From contig NC_057728.1 in assembly GCF_004010195.1 (NCBI RefSeq), positions 49,089,065-49,153,064 on the forward strand: a stretch of 64,000 nucleotides of DNA. The letters are read 5' to 3'. The notes below the pieces were generated by a model that worked only from the letters and a program-made list of their open reading frames with translations, was not told the origin of the DNA and made no database searches. Shown here one piece after another: positions 1-12,840 of the stretch (position 1 is the first letter of the stretch; each line of letters begins with the position of its first letter). The position numbers were made by a program, and so were the translations under genes. This DNA comes from Chiloscyllium plagiosum. Its lineage: Eukaryota.

Positions 1-562
1 GCGCATAAGAAAAAACTTTTCAATATTCTTACATTCTGTGCAAGGAAGAATATCTTGCTAGGTTGGATATCAGAAAACCCCCCAGTCCTGTCGGGTTGGC
101 GGAAGACTGTTATGGTGCATATTCCCCTGGATTTTCTCACAAATATGGTACACCACAAAACTGAGAATTTTTACAAGACATGGCAACCCTTTTTGAAATA
201 CCTGGACACAGATTTATCTGCCACACTAACAAGGGCTTTTATATAGCCGTAACGATTGTGTTTCATGAGTCCAATATCCAGGGAGGAGGAACTGTGAATG
301 TATGAGTGTTTTGTTTGGCTGGGCTGAGTTATTACTATTTATTTGTTTGTTGTTAGGTATTTATTTAGTTAGTTAAATAGCTAGTTTAGGTTTTTCTTTA
401 ATTTTATACTTCTCTATATATGTCTATACATTCGTATAGGAAGGTGGGTTGGGAATTTTTTTTATTATTTTGGTTTAGTTTTGTACTGTTTTGAATTGCA
501 TTGTTTTGTATTTGTTGTAATATTTAAAAATCTTTTTTCATAATAAAAATATATTTAAAAAA
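1..562 (+). mobile_element. 3' end of an L1/Tx1-type LINE (ORF2 C-terminus, 3'UTR, poly(A))
   Basis: ORF 55..246 (W...PP...W...F.KTWQPFLKYL) resembles Tx1/L1 ORF2 C-termini; T-rich UTR, AATAAA at ~542 and an A-run. Confidence 0.7.
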
Positions 563-1238
563 GTAGAGTTGCAGGTAGATAGGATAGTGAAGGTGGCGTT
601 TGGTATACTTTCCTTTACTGGTTAGAGTATTGAGTACAGGAGTTGGAGGTCATGTTGCAGCTATACAGGACATTGGTTAGGTCACTGTTGGAATATTGCG
701 TGCAATTCTGGTCTCCTTCCTATTGGAAGGATGCTGTGAAACTCGAAAGGGTTCAGAAAACATCGACAAGGATGTTGCCAGGGTTGGAGGATTTGAGCTA
801 TAGGGACAGGTTGAATAGGCGAGGGCTGGTTTTCCCTGGAGTGTCAGAGACTGAGGGGTGACCTTATATAGGTTTATACAATCATGAGGGTTATGGATAG
901 GGTAAATAGACAAGGTTTTTCCCCCAAGGTGGGGGAATCCAGAACTAAAAAGGCACAGTTTTAGGGAGAGAGGGGAAATATATAGAAGAGACTTAAGGGG
1001 CAACTCTTTCATACAGAGGGTGGTGCATGTGTAGAATGGGTTGCCAGAGGAAATGGTGGAGGCTAGTACAATTGCAACATTTAAAAGGTATCTAGATGGG
1101 TCTATGAATAGGAAGGGTTTGAAGGGATATGGGCCGGGTGCTGGCAGGTGGGACGAGATTGGGTTGGGATATCTGGTCGGCATGACGAATTTGACCGAAG
1201 GTCTGTTTCCATGCTGTACATCTCTATGACTCTATGAG
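563..1238 (+). mobile_element. CR1-clade LINE (HER1-like) 3' fragment
   Basis: RT C-terminal motif [19 protein letters not shown]...LERVQK; 3'UTR; (CTCTATGA)n tail. Confidence 0.92.
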
Positions 1239-1244
1239 TGAAAC

Positions 1245-1720
1245 TAAAGTCCTCGAGAAACTTAGCAGGTCTGGCATCAACTGTAGAGAGAAGACCAGTT
1301 AAAAATATTTGAGTCCAATGAACCTTTGTTCGGGCTCAAAACCTTAACTCTGTTTTTCTCTCTACAGATGCTGCCAGATTGCTGCGTTTTTCTGGCATTT
1401 TTTCTTTTCATTTCAGATTTCCAGTATCAGCAGTTTTTTTTCAAAAGATTCGATCTAAAGTAACTGCTTCTCAATATGGAGCCAGAGGGAGGAATCCAGG
1501 ACAAACTATCCAAAGAACTTCTCTAAAAACCAAAAAAAAACGAATGCTGTAATTCATAAACAAAAACAGAAATTGCTGGAAAAACTCAGCAAGTCTGGCA
1601 GCATCAGAGAAATCAGAGCTAATGTTTCAGGAAAAGTGACCCTTCCTCAGAACCAGTTCTGGAAGGCTCTCCACAGATGCTGCCAGATCTGCTGTTTCTA
1701 GCAATTTCTGTTTTTGAAGA
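1245..1720. mobile_element. Two degenerate palindromic Penelope-derived non-autonomous repeats
   Basis: Inverted arms GCAGGTCTGGCAGCATC / GATGCTGCCAGA; same family recurs at ~26170-26370, 51385-51530, 59260-59380 and 60750-60880. Confidence 0.55.
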
Positions 1721-1887
1721 TCTTCTGTAATGGACCAGGCTAATGCTATAATTAGCAAGACTGTAAAAGTCAAACAAAGCATCTTTCACCCACTCATGGG
1801 GCTTGTTATGCTTCATCCACTTGTGGGAACAACTCTGACTTCAAGTTTTAATCCTTTGATGTCAGTGACCTTGTTTTCATCTTCATA

Positions 1888-2232
1888 TCGGTGGCTAGCA
1901 CTGTTCCCTCAGTGCCAGAAATCTGGGTTCAATTCTAACCTCACACAACTCAAATGGGCCAAATGGCCTGCTTCCACATTATAGGGAATGCCTGCATGGA
2001 GTTTACACTTTCTCTGTGTCTGCGTGGGGATCCATTGGTCAATCTGATTTCTTCCCACAATCCAAAAGATATATGTGTGTTAGGTGCATTGGCCATGTTA
2101 AACACCGTGATGTCCAGGGATGTGTAGGTTCGGTGGGTTAGCCATGATTTAAAAAAAAACCCATGCAGATGAGACGGGACAGGAAGGTCTTTGTGCTGGA
2201 TCGTCTCTATCTGTACTGCACGGATTCTATAG
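1888..2232 (+). mobile_element. Degenerate tRNA-derived V-SINE (HE1-like)
   Basis: A/B-box-like head (GGTTCAATTC) and V-domain GGAGTTT...GTGTCTGCGTGGG...CCCACA. Confidence 0.7.
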
Positions 2233-2417
2233 GCAACTTCTATTCTCACTTGCTTTAATCTTTATATCTTAACTATTAACTTCATCACTTTTTACTTGAG
2301 AAGCTTTCAACATTTATTTAAAACTAATATTACCTTGATTTAAAATCACAAAGGTATACTGTTGGCTATTTTTAAAAATCAAAAGGGAACTATATTCAAT
2401 ATACTATAAAGGGACTA

Positions 2418-2941
2418 TGCTGAAAATGTGTTGCTGGAAAAGCGCAGCAGGTCAGGCAGCATCCAGGGAACAGGAGATTGTTGCTGGAAAAGCGCAGCAG
2501 GTCAGGCAGCAACCAGGGAACAGCCCCAGCCTGTTCAGACTCTCCCTGGAGCTCAGATCCTCCAACCCTGGCAACATCCTTGTAAATCTTTTCTGAACCC
2601 TTTCCAACACTCCCTAGGACCTGACCATTAAGTGTATAAGTCCTGCTAAGAATTGCTTTCCAAAAATACAGCACCTCACATTTATCTGAATTAAATTCCA
2701 TCTGCCACTTCTCAGCCCATTGGCCCATCTGGTCCAGATACTGTTGTAATCGGAGGTAACCCTCTTTGCTGTCCAGTACACCTCCAATTTTGGTGTCATC
2801 TGCAAACTTACTAACTGTACCTTCTTCAGCTTATGCCCGAAACGTCGATTCTCCTGTTCCCTGGATGCTGCCTGACCTGCTGCGCTTTTCCAGCAACACA
2901 TTTTCAACTCTGATCTCCAGCATCTGCAGACCTCACTTTCT
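2418..2941. mobile_element. Composite Penelope-repeat / CR1 insertion with 14-bp TSD
   Basis: CTATAAAGGGACTA at 2404-2417 and 2942-2955; inverted Penelope-type arms enclose ~300 bp of minus-strand CR1 RT sequence. Confidence 0.8.
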
Positions 2942-5900
2942 CTATAAAGGGACTACACAAATTCTGAGATAATGGGCCACTCCAAGGAAACCTTGACACA
3001 TTGTTACAATATTGATGAGCAATGTTGTATCTTGCATAAAGACACCAAGGTCCATTTGAATTTAATGTTCAATAGTTCCTCAGCTTAATTTCTAAAATTA
3101 TTTCTTCCTTTCAAAATGAACTTGAAACACTCCCACATAATACTTGATTGTCTAAGTATGTGAGCAATAATCTAGCCAATCTATATCTTTCTACAGATTT
3201 TGCATCTGAGGTAGAACAAGAAACAGGAATAAAAAGGTTACTTAGTCTAATAAGTGATACAATTAAAATAACTCATTGGGAAAAATACCTTGAAGAAACT
3301 AGAATCATTTTGATAAATATAAATCCTCTAGCCCTAGCTCTAGTCCTCATTCTTCCCAATTTATGCCCTTTCACATATCCCTATCTGCCCACATGGGCCC
3401 ATGCCATCTCATATCCCCAGCCCTTAAATTCAACTGATATACTTTGAAAAGAATTTTTCTTCACCAAATATCCTTCAGATAGGAATTAAATTAACATACC
3501 GGATGCAACATGCGTGATTTTAAAGGACTGAACATTCACACAAAATGATCTTGATTTTCTTTATTTTTTTTTAAAAAAAGCCACATTTCCTGTAAAGCAA
3601 AAGGAAAAACGCAAACAGAACGTACATTGATGTAAGAAAGTTCACAACTCAAGAGGTACCCTATTGCACCCCAATTCCTTTCAAAGAGAAAAAAAAAACA
3701 AATTTTGTAACATGCTATTTCAAATCACTGAAAAGATAAAACTGCTCCATGAAGCTACAGATTAACATTAATTTTCTGGTTAAAGCAGTATGTATTTTGG
3801 AGATCCACAAACCAAAATAATTCTGTGGTTTCCTGTGCTGTTGACTATTGTGTCAAATTAGAGAGAGCTCATGTACCACATTTAGTGGTACAATAGCAGG
3901 AATGCTCTAAATTTGTTTTAATTAAAACATTCTTAAAAAAATAATCCAGGCTGGACGATGAACATCAATATCTCGAAAATACATTTAATAAAGCTTTTAA
4001 GTTGTTTGCTTACCTTGGAAGATACAAACTGACAAAAACTTGCAGAATATAGAACTTTTGATACATCCCATTCAATGGAGTAAAACAACCCAGGGTGCCA
4101 TCATGCGAAATTTGACAGAACCACAAAAGGTATTAGGGTAGGTGATCAAGTTTAGTCAAAATAGTAGATTTTAAGGAAAAACTTGAAACTTGGGAAAAGG
4201 GTTCTGAGAGGGATTTCTGGAGTTTAATTTGTACCTGAATTTTAGTCTAGTACACACCCCAAAGTTGTATATCTTGGAACTGTGATGTATTCAAGACTTT
4301 TCATAAATTGTTGGAGTGAACAAGTACGCTTTTAAAACATTCTTCTTAGCACCAATAGTCACTACTGTTGATTTATGAACATTTTTCTGGCGTTTCCATG
4401 ATTGAATTCAACCAGTGCCGTTATCTGAAGCTGTATGTTTTTATTCCCTAGGAAAACAAAATCTACAAGTCTATACCTCCAATGAGCAATGGATGTGTGG
4501 AACAAGAACAACCACCAATGGCTTTTCATACAAGTATTTGTTAGATAAAATAAAATGCCTCTAGATTTTCTTTTTCAGCTTGGTGTGTTGTTCATTTTTC
4601 AGGTGATTTACACAACTTAAGCATAAAAATGATGAGATTTACAAAAAACACATCTATTTGCTTAAATTTCTGTTTCTTACACAAAATATTTAGAGCAAAT
4701 GACACTCTTTGGTTCCTGACACAAATTAAATTATGAAAATGGTAAAATGTAAATACAAAATAAAGCTAACTGATTTGCTTATTTCAGTTCTTCAGTAAGC
4801 TCGTAAGAACGGACATTTATACACAAATATGTGTGCATCAGAATTAGATGCCACAAAAGCCCTATGAAAAGTCCCTTCAAGCCTATTAAAATATTTATTA
4901 CCCAACGCATTTGACCCACTTATATCTCCACACAGAGGGCTTCATTTACCATTCCAACATGTTCTGTGTGATGCTAATTTTCTTTTAAAAGTAGTACACT
5001 TAAAATATTGCATTTAATGTTTTTAAACACAAGTCACATGTTTGACTCGAGATTTACTTCATTACATCAAGCATCACACAAGCAGTGTTGAAACTATGTC
5101 AAACAACATGTGCAATCCAGTTAAGCCGGAAATATTCCAGTAATCCAATGATGATGATGAAAGAAGAATTGCACCAAGTTTAAAGTGGAAAGGTTTCCGA
5201 ACTACTAACTGTAGTTTTCATGCGTAAGTGTGAGAAACTTTGCCATTTTCTTGCCAAGTAATCTCAACAAAAGTGACATGGGATGATACGTAATGTACAA
5301 TAATGAAAGACTAAAGTGGTCTTTCTGAATAAAGAGTCTTCACAATCCTACGGGGTTCACCTGAAATTCTGCAGAAAACCATGAGCCACATGTCTACAAT
5401 TACCATTATGAAATTATATCAAGACAGTATTACTGTATTTACTGCATACAAACCTTAGAAGAACCTGTAAAAAAAAATGTGAAGAACAGTTCAAGATACT
5501 TCATTTCAAGAAAACTACTGTGATCTGCACTATTGCATCGTACAATAACTTCAAGGCCTCATCACAAAATACACCTGGGGGAAAAAAAAATCAATTCATT
5601 CTTTCAGAAAAATTGAGACAAAAGGACAAAGAATAAGGCAGACCATCCCAAATGTTTGATGAGTAGTCTCACTGTAAACTTTGTAATACTTAAAAACAAA
5701 ACTGTAGCAACGAATAAACTGGAAAAGTTCTAAACTTAAGTGCATACATACAATTTTCAAGAAAGTTATCCAATTATCATTTTGACTTTGGAGAAGTTAC
5801 ACTATAAAGATGCAGTTTATATATTCTAGAGCTCTCTTCTGCCGATTGATTTCCAATTGGACTATTCTGAAGGATTATTACCTGCAGTGAAAATATGGCA

Positions 5901-6899
5901 AAGATGTTTGAATGTGTTATCGGTTCATTCAGTAAATATACCAGTCTTTGACCAACAAAGACCAAAGATGTCCAGATTCAATTCTCAGATTGCAACTGTA
6001 GACTTAAAGTGTGGACAGATATGCAGGAAAATTAATACAGAATATTTGCATTGAAATAATTAGATGCATTAAGGTTGTTCTTCATAAATAGGAGTGACAA
6101 GCAAACAGAATACAACTGTTTACCGGTTCATACCATCATCTTGTTCATGCCTATGTGCTCACACTGATCCCAAACATTTGGGAAAATTAATGCAGACTTT
6201 TCAAAATATAAAGACCTTTTGTGTTGATTTAAAAAAGGAAAAAAAAATTTTCTTTAGTAATATACATTTTGTATTTAGATCCAGATGTGTCGTTATTAAG
6301 AGTAAGACAAATTAGTTTACATACATGGTGACCTGCAATACAGAAGCATTCTTTTAAATACAGAACACACATTGTGCTTTTTCTTCTGTATTTACTACTA
6401 TTACCTAGATTATGCTAATTTACAACAAAAACTTAAGCAGAAAGCAAATCTTCAGTACTTACAGAACAATTCAGGAAGTTGTGCATTACCCACTTATGCA
6501 CAGTGTGTGCTTATATAATGGTAATTAGCTTGGTTTCTAAAATAGTGACATATGAGGTATTGGGATTATTTTGATGAAATTACTTGTTTAAAAAATAACA
6601 AGGTCAGCAAGTCCTTCTGCAAGTGGCCAGTATGTTTCAGAGACAGTGGTCTAGAGCAAATAGGTGGCTCATGAACCCCTGGAATATTAGTGGTGTAAGA
6701 TATTGGAATATTTTACGTGAAACAGACAATAGAAACAGGTCATTCATGCCTTTTGGCCTGCTCTACTATTCAATATGAACAAGACAAATTGCCGATCTCA
6801 GCATCTTACTCTTACTTTCTCCTTATTCCCTTTAATCCCTTTAGCATAAAGAACTACATCTTACTTCTTCCTGAAAGCATGCAATGCTTTTGGTCTTAC

Positions 6900-7203
6900 G
6901 GCAGCACAATGGTTAGCACTGCTGCCTCATAGCGCCAGAGACCCAGGTTCAATTCCGGCCTCAGGCAACCCTGTGTGTGGAGTTTGCACATTCTCCCCGT
7001 GTCTGCGTGGGTTTCCTCCAGGTGCTCAGATTTCCTCCCACAGTCCAAAAATGTGCAGGTGAGGTGAATTGGCTATGCTAAACTGCCCGTAGTGTTAGGT
7101 GAAGGGGTAAAAGTAGGTGAATGGGTCTGGGTGAGTTGCTCTTCGGAGGGTCGGTTGTGGACTTGTTGGGCTGAAGGGCCTGTTTCCAAACTAAATAATC
7201 TGA
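6900..7203 (+). mobile_element. tRNA-derived V-SINE (HE1-like)
   Basis: tRNA head, V-domain and 3' end (TTGGGCTGAAGGGCCTGTTTCC) shared with the CR1 tail; inserted into an older minus-strand LINE tail (~6720-7295). Confidence 0.88.
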
Positions 7204-7996
7204 TCACTTTGTGGCAGAGAATTCCACAGGCTCATTACTCTCTTGATGAAGAAATGTCTCATCAGCCATAAATGGCCTGCCCTCTTTCCTTAAGACTTTG
7301 CGGTCAACAACAGGTAAATACTAAAGGCCAGTAACTGGCTTTCAGTTCAGACTAACACGAATTAATTTTAGTTTAGCTTACAAAAGAGATTAAACTTTTG
7401 AGGGCAGTTTAACAGAGGCTTAACTAAGGTGGAAAGTAAGTTTAATTTTCTCAAGTGGAGGACAGTTCAAGAAAAATAAAGTCACTGAGATAGAAACATT
7501 CTTGGTAAAACCTGCAAACCTGGACAGCTTGGTTACATATCACCAATTATTATAACTGAGGAAGCTCAGGCTCTGAGGCATGGAAGAGATCATGTTGGCA
7601 GATTTTGTTTATGCAGACCATGGCAAAGAAATTGTCAGCAGCTTTTTTAAAAAAAAAAGTCGAACATCCAAAGGCTTGAGAGATGTGGTGTGCTTTCTTT
7701 GAACTTAAATCTCTAAATTGCTGAGTTGGGAAATAGACTAGCAACTTTGTTTTGCTGTATGTTAAGATTTTTATGGTGTCCCACCTGTTCCAGAGGCATG
7801 TAATAAGATCTCTGAACTGGTTGTTGAGAAAAATTTTTTTGTTTAATATAGCTGCCAAAATTTGTACTCACTTAAACAGTAAATGATGTAACATTTTTGA
7901 AAAGATCAACGTGCTCAGGATTTTGTGACCCAGTGACTATGAATACTAATTTCCCAGGCACAAAGCCATATGGACTATCCCTACATTTTAGGGAAT

Positions 7997-8745
7997 TAAA
8001 CTTTAGCAGGACTTATGCACTTAATGGTAAGGTCCTCAGGAGTGTTGCTGAACAAAAAAGATCTTGGGAGTGTAGGTTCATAGTTCCTTGAAAGTAGAGT
8101 TGCAGGTAGATAGGATAGTGAAGGAGACACTTGGTATGCTTTCCTTTATTGGTCAGAGTATTGAGCACAGGAGTTGGGAGGTCATGCTACGGCTGTAAAA
8201 GACATTGGTTAGGCCACTGTTGGAATACTGCGTGCAATTCTGGGCTCCTTCATATCAGAAAGATATTGTGATACTTGAAAGGGTTCAGAAAAGAGTTACA
8301 AGGATCTTGCCAGGGTTAGAGGATTTGAGCGAAAGGGAGGGGTTGAATATGCTAGGGCTATTTTCCCTGGAAAGGAGGCTGAGGGTGACCTTGTAAAGGA
8401 TTATAAAATCGTGAGGAGCATGGAAAGTCTTTTCCCTGGGATGGAGAGTCCAGAATGAGAGGGCATAAATTTAGGATGAAAATGCAAAGATTTAAAAGGG
8501 ACCTAAGGGGCAACGTTTTCATGCAGAGGGTGGTGTGTGTATGGAATGAGCTGCCAGAGGAAGTGGTGGAGGCTAGTACAATTGCAGCATTTAAAAGGCA
8601 TCTTGATGGGCATGTGAATAGGAAAGGTTTGGAAGGATATCGTCCAGGTGCTGGCAGGTGGGTCTAGATTGGGTTGGGATATCTGGTCGGCCTGGACAAG
8701 TTAGACCGAAGGGTCTGTTCCCGTGCTGAACATCTCTATGACTCT
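7997..8745 (+). mobile_element. CR1-clade LINE 3' fragment
   Basis: [14 protein letters not shown]...ERVQKR motif, 3'UTR, CTCTATGACTCT tail. Confidence 0.92.
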
Positions 8746-11061
8746 AATATGTTGAATTTGGACAGTGTATAACTTAAAGGTGATGACATTCTCAGGAATC
8801 TGCTCCCTTCAAGGCAGTGGTGATCATAGGCAGGAGAGCATCTCTAAACTAGTTTTGACAAACTATTGCAGTGGGTCTGTCTGCTGTGCACAATATAACC
8901 ACGGTACACTGTACAGTTCAAGTTGGGGATTGGGAGCTGATCAAGTGCTTCATCCTGGATAGTGCAAACTTCACAAAATCTCTTTTATATTCATTTACTC
9001 AAATTGTGCTTTTCAATAATTCTTTGAAAATTACTTGTAAGTTCAAGGATCGATTGAGGTGAGCCAGTCACCATAATCTTTCTATTGTCTGACCTGTTCC
9101 AATTTCCTCATGTTAACTAATTATGTTGGTTGGTGGCAAATGCCCAGTGCTGCCAATGATGATGCCTTTGAATGTTATTAAAAGCGGTTGGATTCAATCT
9201 TGCCAAGTTGGCCAACAACTTGTTCTTCTAGAGAGCAGAATACATAATCTCGTATTAATGTCAAGGTATGTCTTCTAGCATGTGGGATAGGGACACCTTA
9301 AAAAATTTAAGCAAAACCTATCTGCAAGCACTACATGATATGAGGTAGTCACAAACTGAAGCTCTGGCAATAATGAGATTCTATCACTTGATCCAAGTAA
9401 ACAGCACTGACGACTGCTAACTGTAGTGGTACCAGTGATTGCAATTTTCAGAACATTGAGGTTTAACCTGAATAATCGTTGAATCATATGTTTCTGTGAC
9501 ATTAAGTTAGCTAACAGATTAGCTTATAACAAGATAATGCTTGAAACAAAGGTTGCTGATTTGGATGTTTGATTTTTGCAGATCTCGTGCTCAGCACAGA
9601 GTAGACTGAAGCTGCTGATTAATTACTTGCTCTTTTCCATATCAGATGATGGTAAAATCCAACATGCCTACATGTCCCTATACCAAGAAACAAAAATTAA
9701 GTTCAAGCTTGCAAATGCTTTTACAGCAACAACTTTGATTTCAATGGATTCATCTTTAGTTTGGTTCAGAAAGTTTACATCTTCAGGATGGAGCACCCAG
9801 TCCCATGTGCAAAACATCTAGCAAAGTTTACCAATCTGCCCAATGAAATGATTAGCCAATCGCTGAACTAGATGACAATTAAAAATCTCAATACTAACCT
9901 CATGGACTGCCATGAACTAGCAAAGCAAATTATCAATATTCTTATCCTTGTTCCTATTTAATTGGACAATGAATTGTAAAATGTTGCCACTCCGGACTGT
10001 TTCCAGTAACAGTCATATGCAGACACCTGATAATGGGATCACAGCCAAATATCCAGAACAGTGTCTCAATAAGCAAGCCATATGTTGATAGCCAAGCAAC
10101 TTAAGGTAGCGGGGACAAAACCATATTGCACCAAGAATCAACTCTGGAAAAACTGATAGGAATAAATCAAACGTATGCACCATTTACTCTGGCCAATCCC
10201 AGTACCTTTGCGCACTATTTCATGACTTATACCCGACCATAACTCCCCAGAAACAACCAATCTCATTTCAGCCAAATTATTTTCTACATATTGAGCATAT
10301 TGTTGTTGACAAAGCATTATAAACAGCATATTAGTTGTGCAATTTCATATTTGCTGCTACCTTCACGAATATATTCAAATTATAAAAAGGCAAACCAGAG
10401 CAAGTTTACAAAGCATGATTAGCTGTAGCCACTGCTAATATTAATGCAAACTTTGGACAAATTCTTATTAAATTACAGAAATGAGAAGCAGACAGAAGGG
10501 AAAAATAAAAATGGAAAGAAAAAAAAACGTATTGCAAACAGTCTATTCAAATAGTGTTGAACCAAACTCAAATAGGCTGTTGAAATAATTTTCTTGAATA
10601 GAAGCAATTTAGGTGTACAGCAACTCACTGGATCCTCTGATTATATAAATGTAGGCCCAAATATCACATTTCTTAGCTATTTAAAAATTAGAGACTTTGT
10701 GGGTGTGTGGCGTAGGGGGCAATGATTTCTTGTTGTTCACCAGTTGAAGAGCACAGTAGAACTAGGATTTGCATGTTAAAAATACTGTATTATTTCCTGT
10801 GGAGTAAAAAGGAAGTCACACACAAATCGACAAGACAGTTGCATTTGATAAATTCTCCAAAGCAACCAATCAGGTTACAGTCAGTTATATTACGATCAGG
10901 CTATTAGGATCAATAGCGCTGGACTGGAAATTGAAGGACTATAGCCAGAAAACAGATCAAAATCTTCCTTTGTAATTAACATAGGATATCTTTATAACAA
11001 AACTTTTCAGCTGACTTGACACTATGCATATCATGATGCATAGCTAAAAAAACGTTACAGC

Positions 11062-11387
11062 TTAGAACCCTCCAACCACACAGCATCAACATTGATTTCA
11101 CCAGTTTCCTCACTTCCCTTCCTCACCTCATCCCAGATCCAACTCAGCACTGTTCTCTTGAACTGTCCTTCCTGTCCATTCCTTCCCATCTATCTATTCC
11201 ACCTTCCCCTCCGACCTATCACCATCAGCAACCCCCCACTTTCCCAACTACCTTCCCCAAGCCCCACTCTCACATTTATCACTCAGCCCCCTTTCCCCAC
11301 ACCCATATTTTCCTCGTGAAGGGCTTATGCCCAATACGTCGACTCTCCTGCTCCTCGGATGCCGCCTGACCTGCTGTGCTTTTCCAG
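11062..11387 (+). mobile_element. Penelope-like element 3' fragment with degenerate hammerhead-bearing terminal repeat
   Basis: C-rich UTR similar to the reverse complement of 59630-59900, followed by GAAGGGCTTATGCCC..ACGTCGAC..GATGCCGCCTGACCTGCTG. Confidence 0.7.
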
Positions 11388-11689
11388 AGATCATCTTTTG
11401 ACAGAGATAATTTAATTGCCTAGTCAAACCACCTCTATGACACAGCAAGACTTCAGCATGTTATTCTTCTACGTATCCATAGTAGTGGCACATTTTCATA
11501 AATTCCACACAATGTGGATAAAATTGATTAAGAATGGAGGGGCTGTGCACGCAGTGACTAGGCTCCCATAGCATCCAAGAATCTGTGTAGACTAAACAAA
11601 TTTCACTTAAGTCCAGATCAACACATCTACCCTATTCCAATGTTTAATTATTTTTATTTAACCTATTTTTCTACTTAGCCAATTCAAAG

Positions 11690-11775
11690 GTTTTATTACA
11701 CAACCCCTGCAGCAGGTGGGACATTAACCTGGGCCTCAAAGTCTAGGTGTAGGGACACTACCACTACAACACTAC
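11690..11775 (-). mobile_element. Short tRNA-derived SINE
   Basis: Minus-strand tRNA-like head; a similar copy lies at ~37668-37750. Confidence 0.55.
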
Positions 11776-12840
11776 CATATTTCAAAGGCATGATGCTACC
11801 ACTTGCCAATTAAATCTATGTGGCCCATTGAGGGATACTTTAAATTTGGTGTTTTATTATCAAATTGTTCAGCGTTTGGTTCTGTATACATTATGGAATT
11901 ATAAATATTCAGAGTTACCTAAAGCATCACCAGAATTCACGCAATATTGATGGTTGGTGGACTGTCATGTTTGGAATGGTAAAACCCTCAGGGTTGTACC
12001 ACTTCTCTTATCAAGCATGCGTGGGGGTCACTGTTGCAAGCTATGCTGCAGCTGACGTGGGTATAGAGAACACTGGCTAAGTTACACCTTCTTGTGATTA
12101 TTAACGGGAGCTGGTTCCATTCAAAGTTGCGACCGCGTCTGCCCTGAAAGATTATGTCGGCAATCCAGAGCTCGTTGCAAAGCTGGAGATGGTATGTGAT
12201 AATCTTAGCAGCTGTAACAACGCACACTGCCCACAGAATTTCTGTTTGCCCCAACATAGATACTGATATTATATAGGATAAAGGGTCTCTCACTATTTGA
12301 GCATTCCTTAACGCATTACAAAGGGAATCACAGAAATGCTCCTTGACCAAAATACTTGCTTTCAGTTGGCCCATGGATACATACGATGCTGAATGTACCT
12401 CAAATGAAAAATGGCTATAAACATCAAGAAAACCATGGGCTTGGGACAAGGTGCAGCATTTTTATCTTAATCACGTTATCAGTTTCGGTCGCAAATTCTG
12501 CTTCCTCACATCCACAGTGAGGATCTACTCCGAAAGCATAACTTGATACATGCAAAGGGAAACTGGGTACTAATTTGGGCTGACTCACCACAATTGTGTG
12601 GACCAAACTCACTCTTTGGATAAAGTTTATAATTGGCATGATCTTGATACTTGGTTCTATGACTATGAAACATGGATATCTTGCCACTTATGAAAAAAGC
12701 TTAAATTTCCATCTTTGCTGCATGCACATTAATATAACCCAGCAGAACAAAATAATGCATGCTCCCATTCTCATTAGCACTTAAATACAGATAGCATTGT
12801 TGGCTCAGGCATGCCTGAAGAATTAAAGATGGGCACATGA

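Noticed and set aside
5480..5570. Possible C/D snoRNA (GTGATGA C box on the minus strand)
   Set aside because: No CTGA D box at a suitable distance and no convincing terminal stem.
6900..6965. tRNA-like sequences (also at 30028, 33497, 14719, 17088)
   Set aside because: SINE heads continuing into SINE bodies; not tRNA genes.
8770..8800. LKGDDIL resembling RdRp motif C (also SDD at ~9642-9650)
   Set aside because: No flanking motifs A or B in frame and the strand is ambiguous; probably chance.
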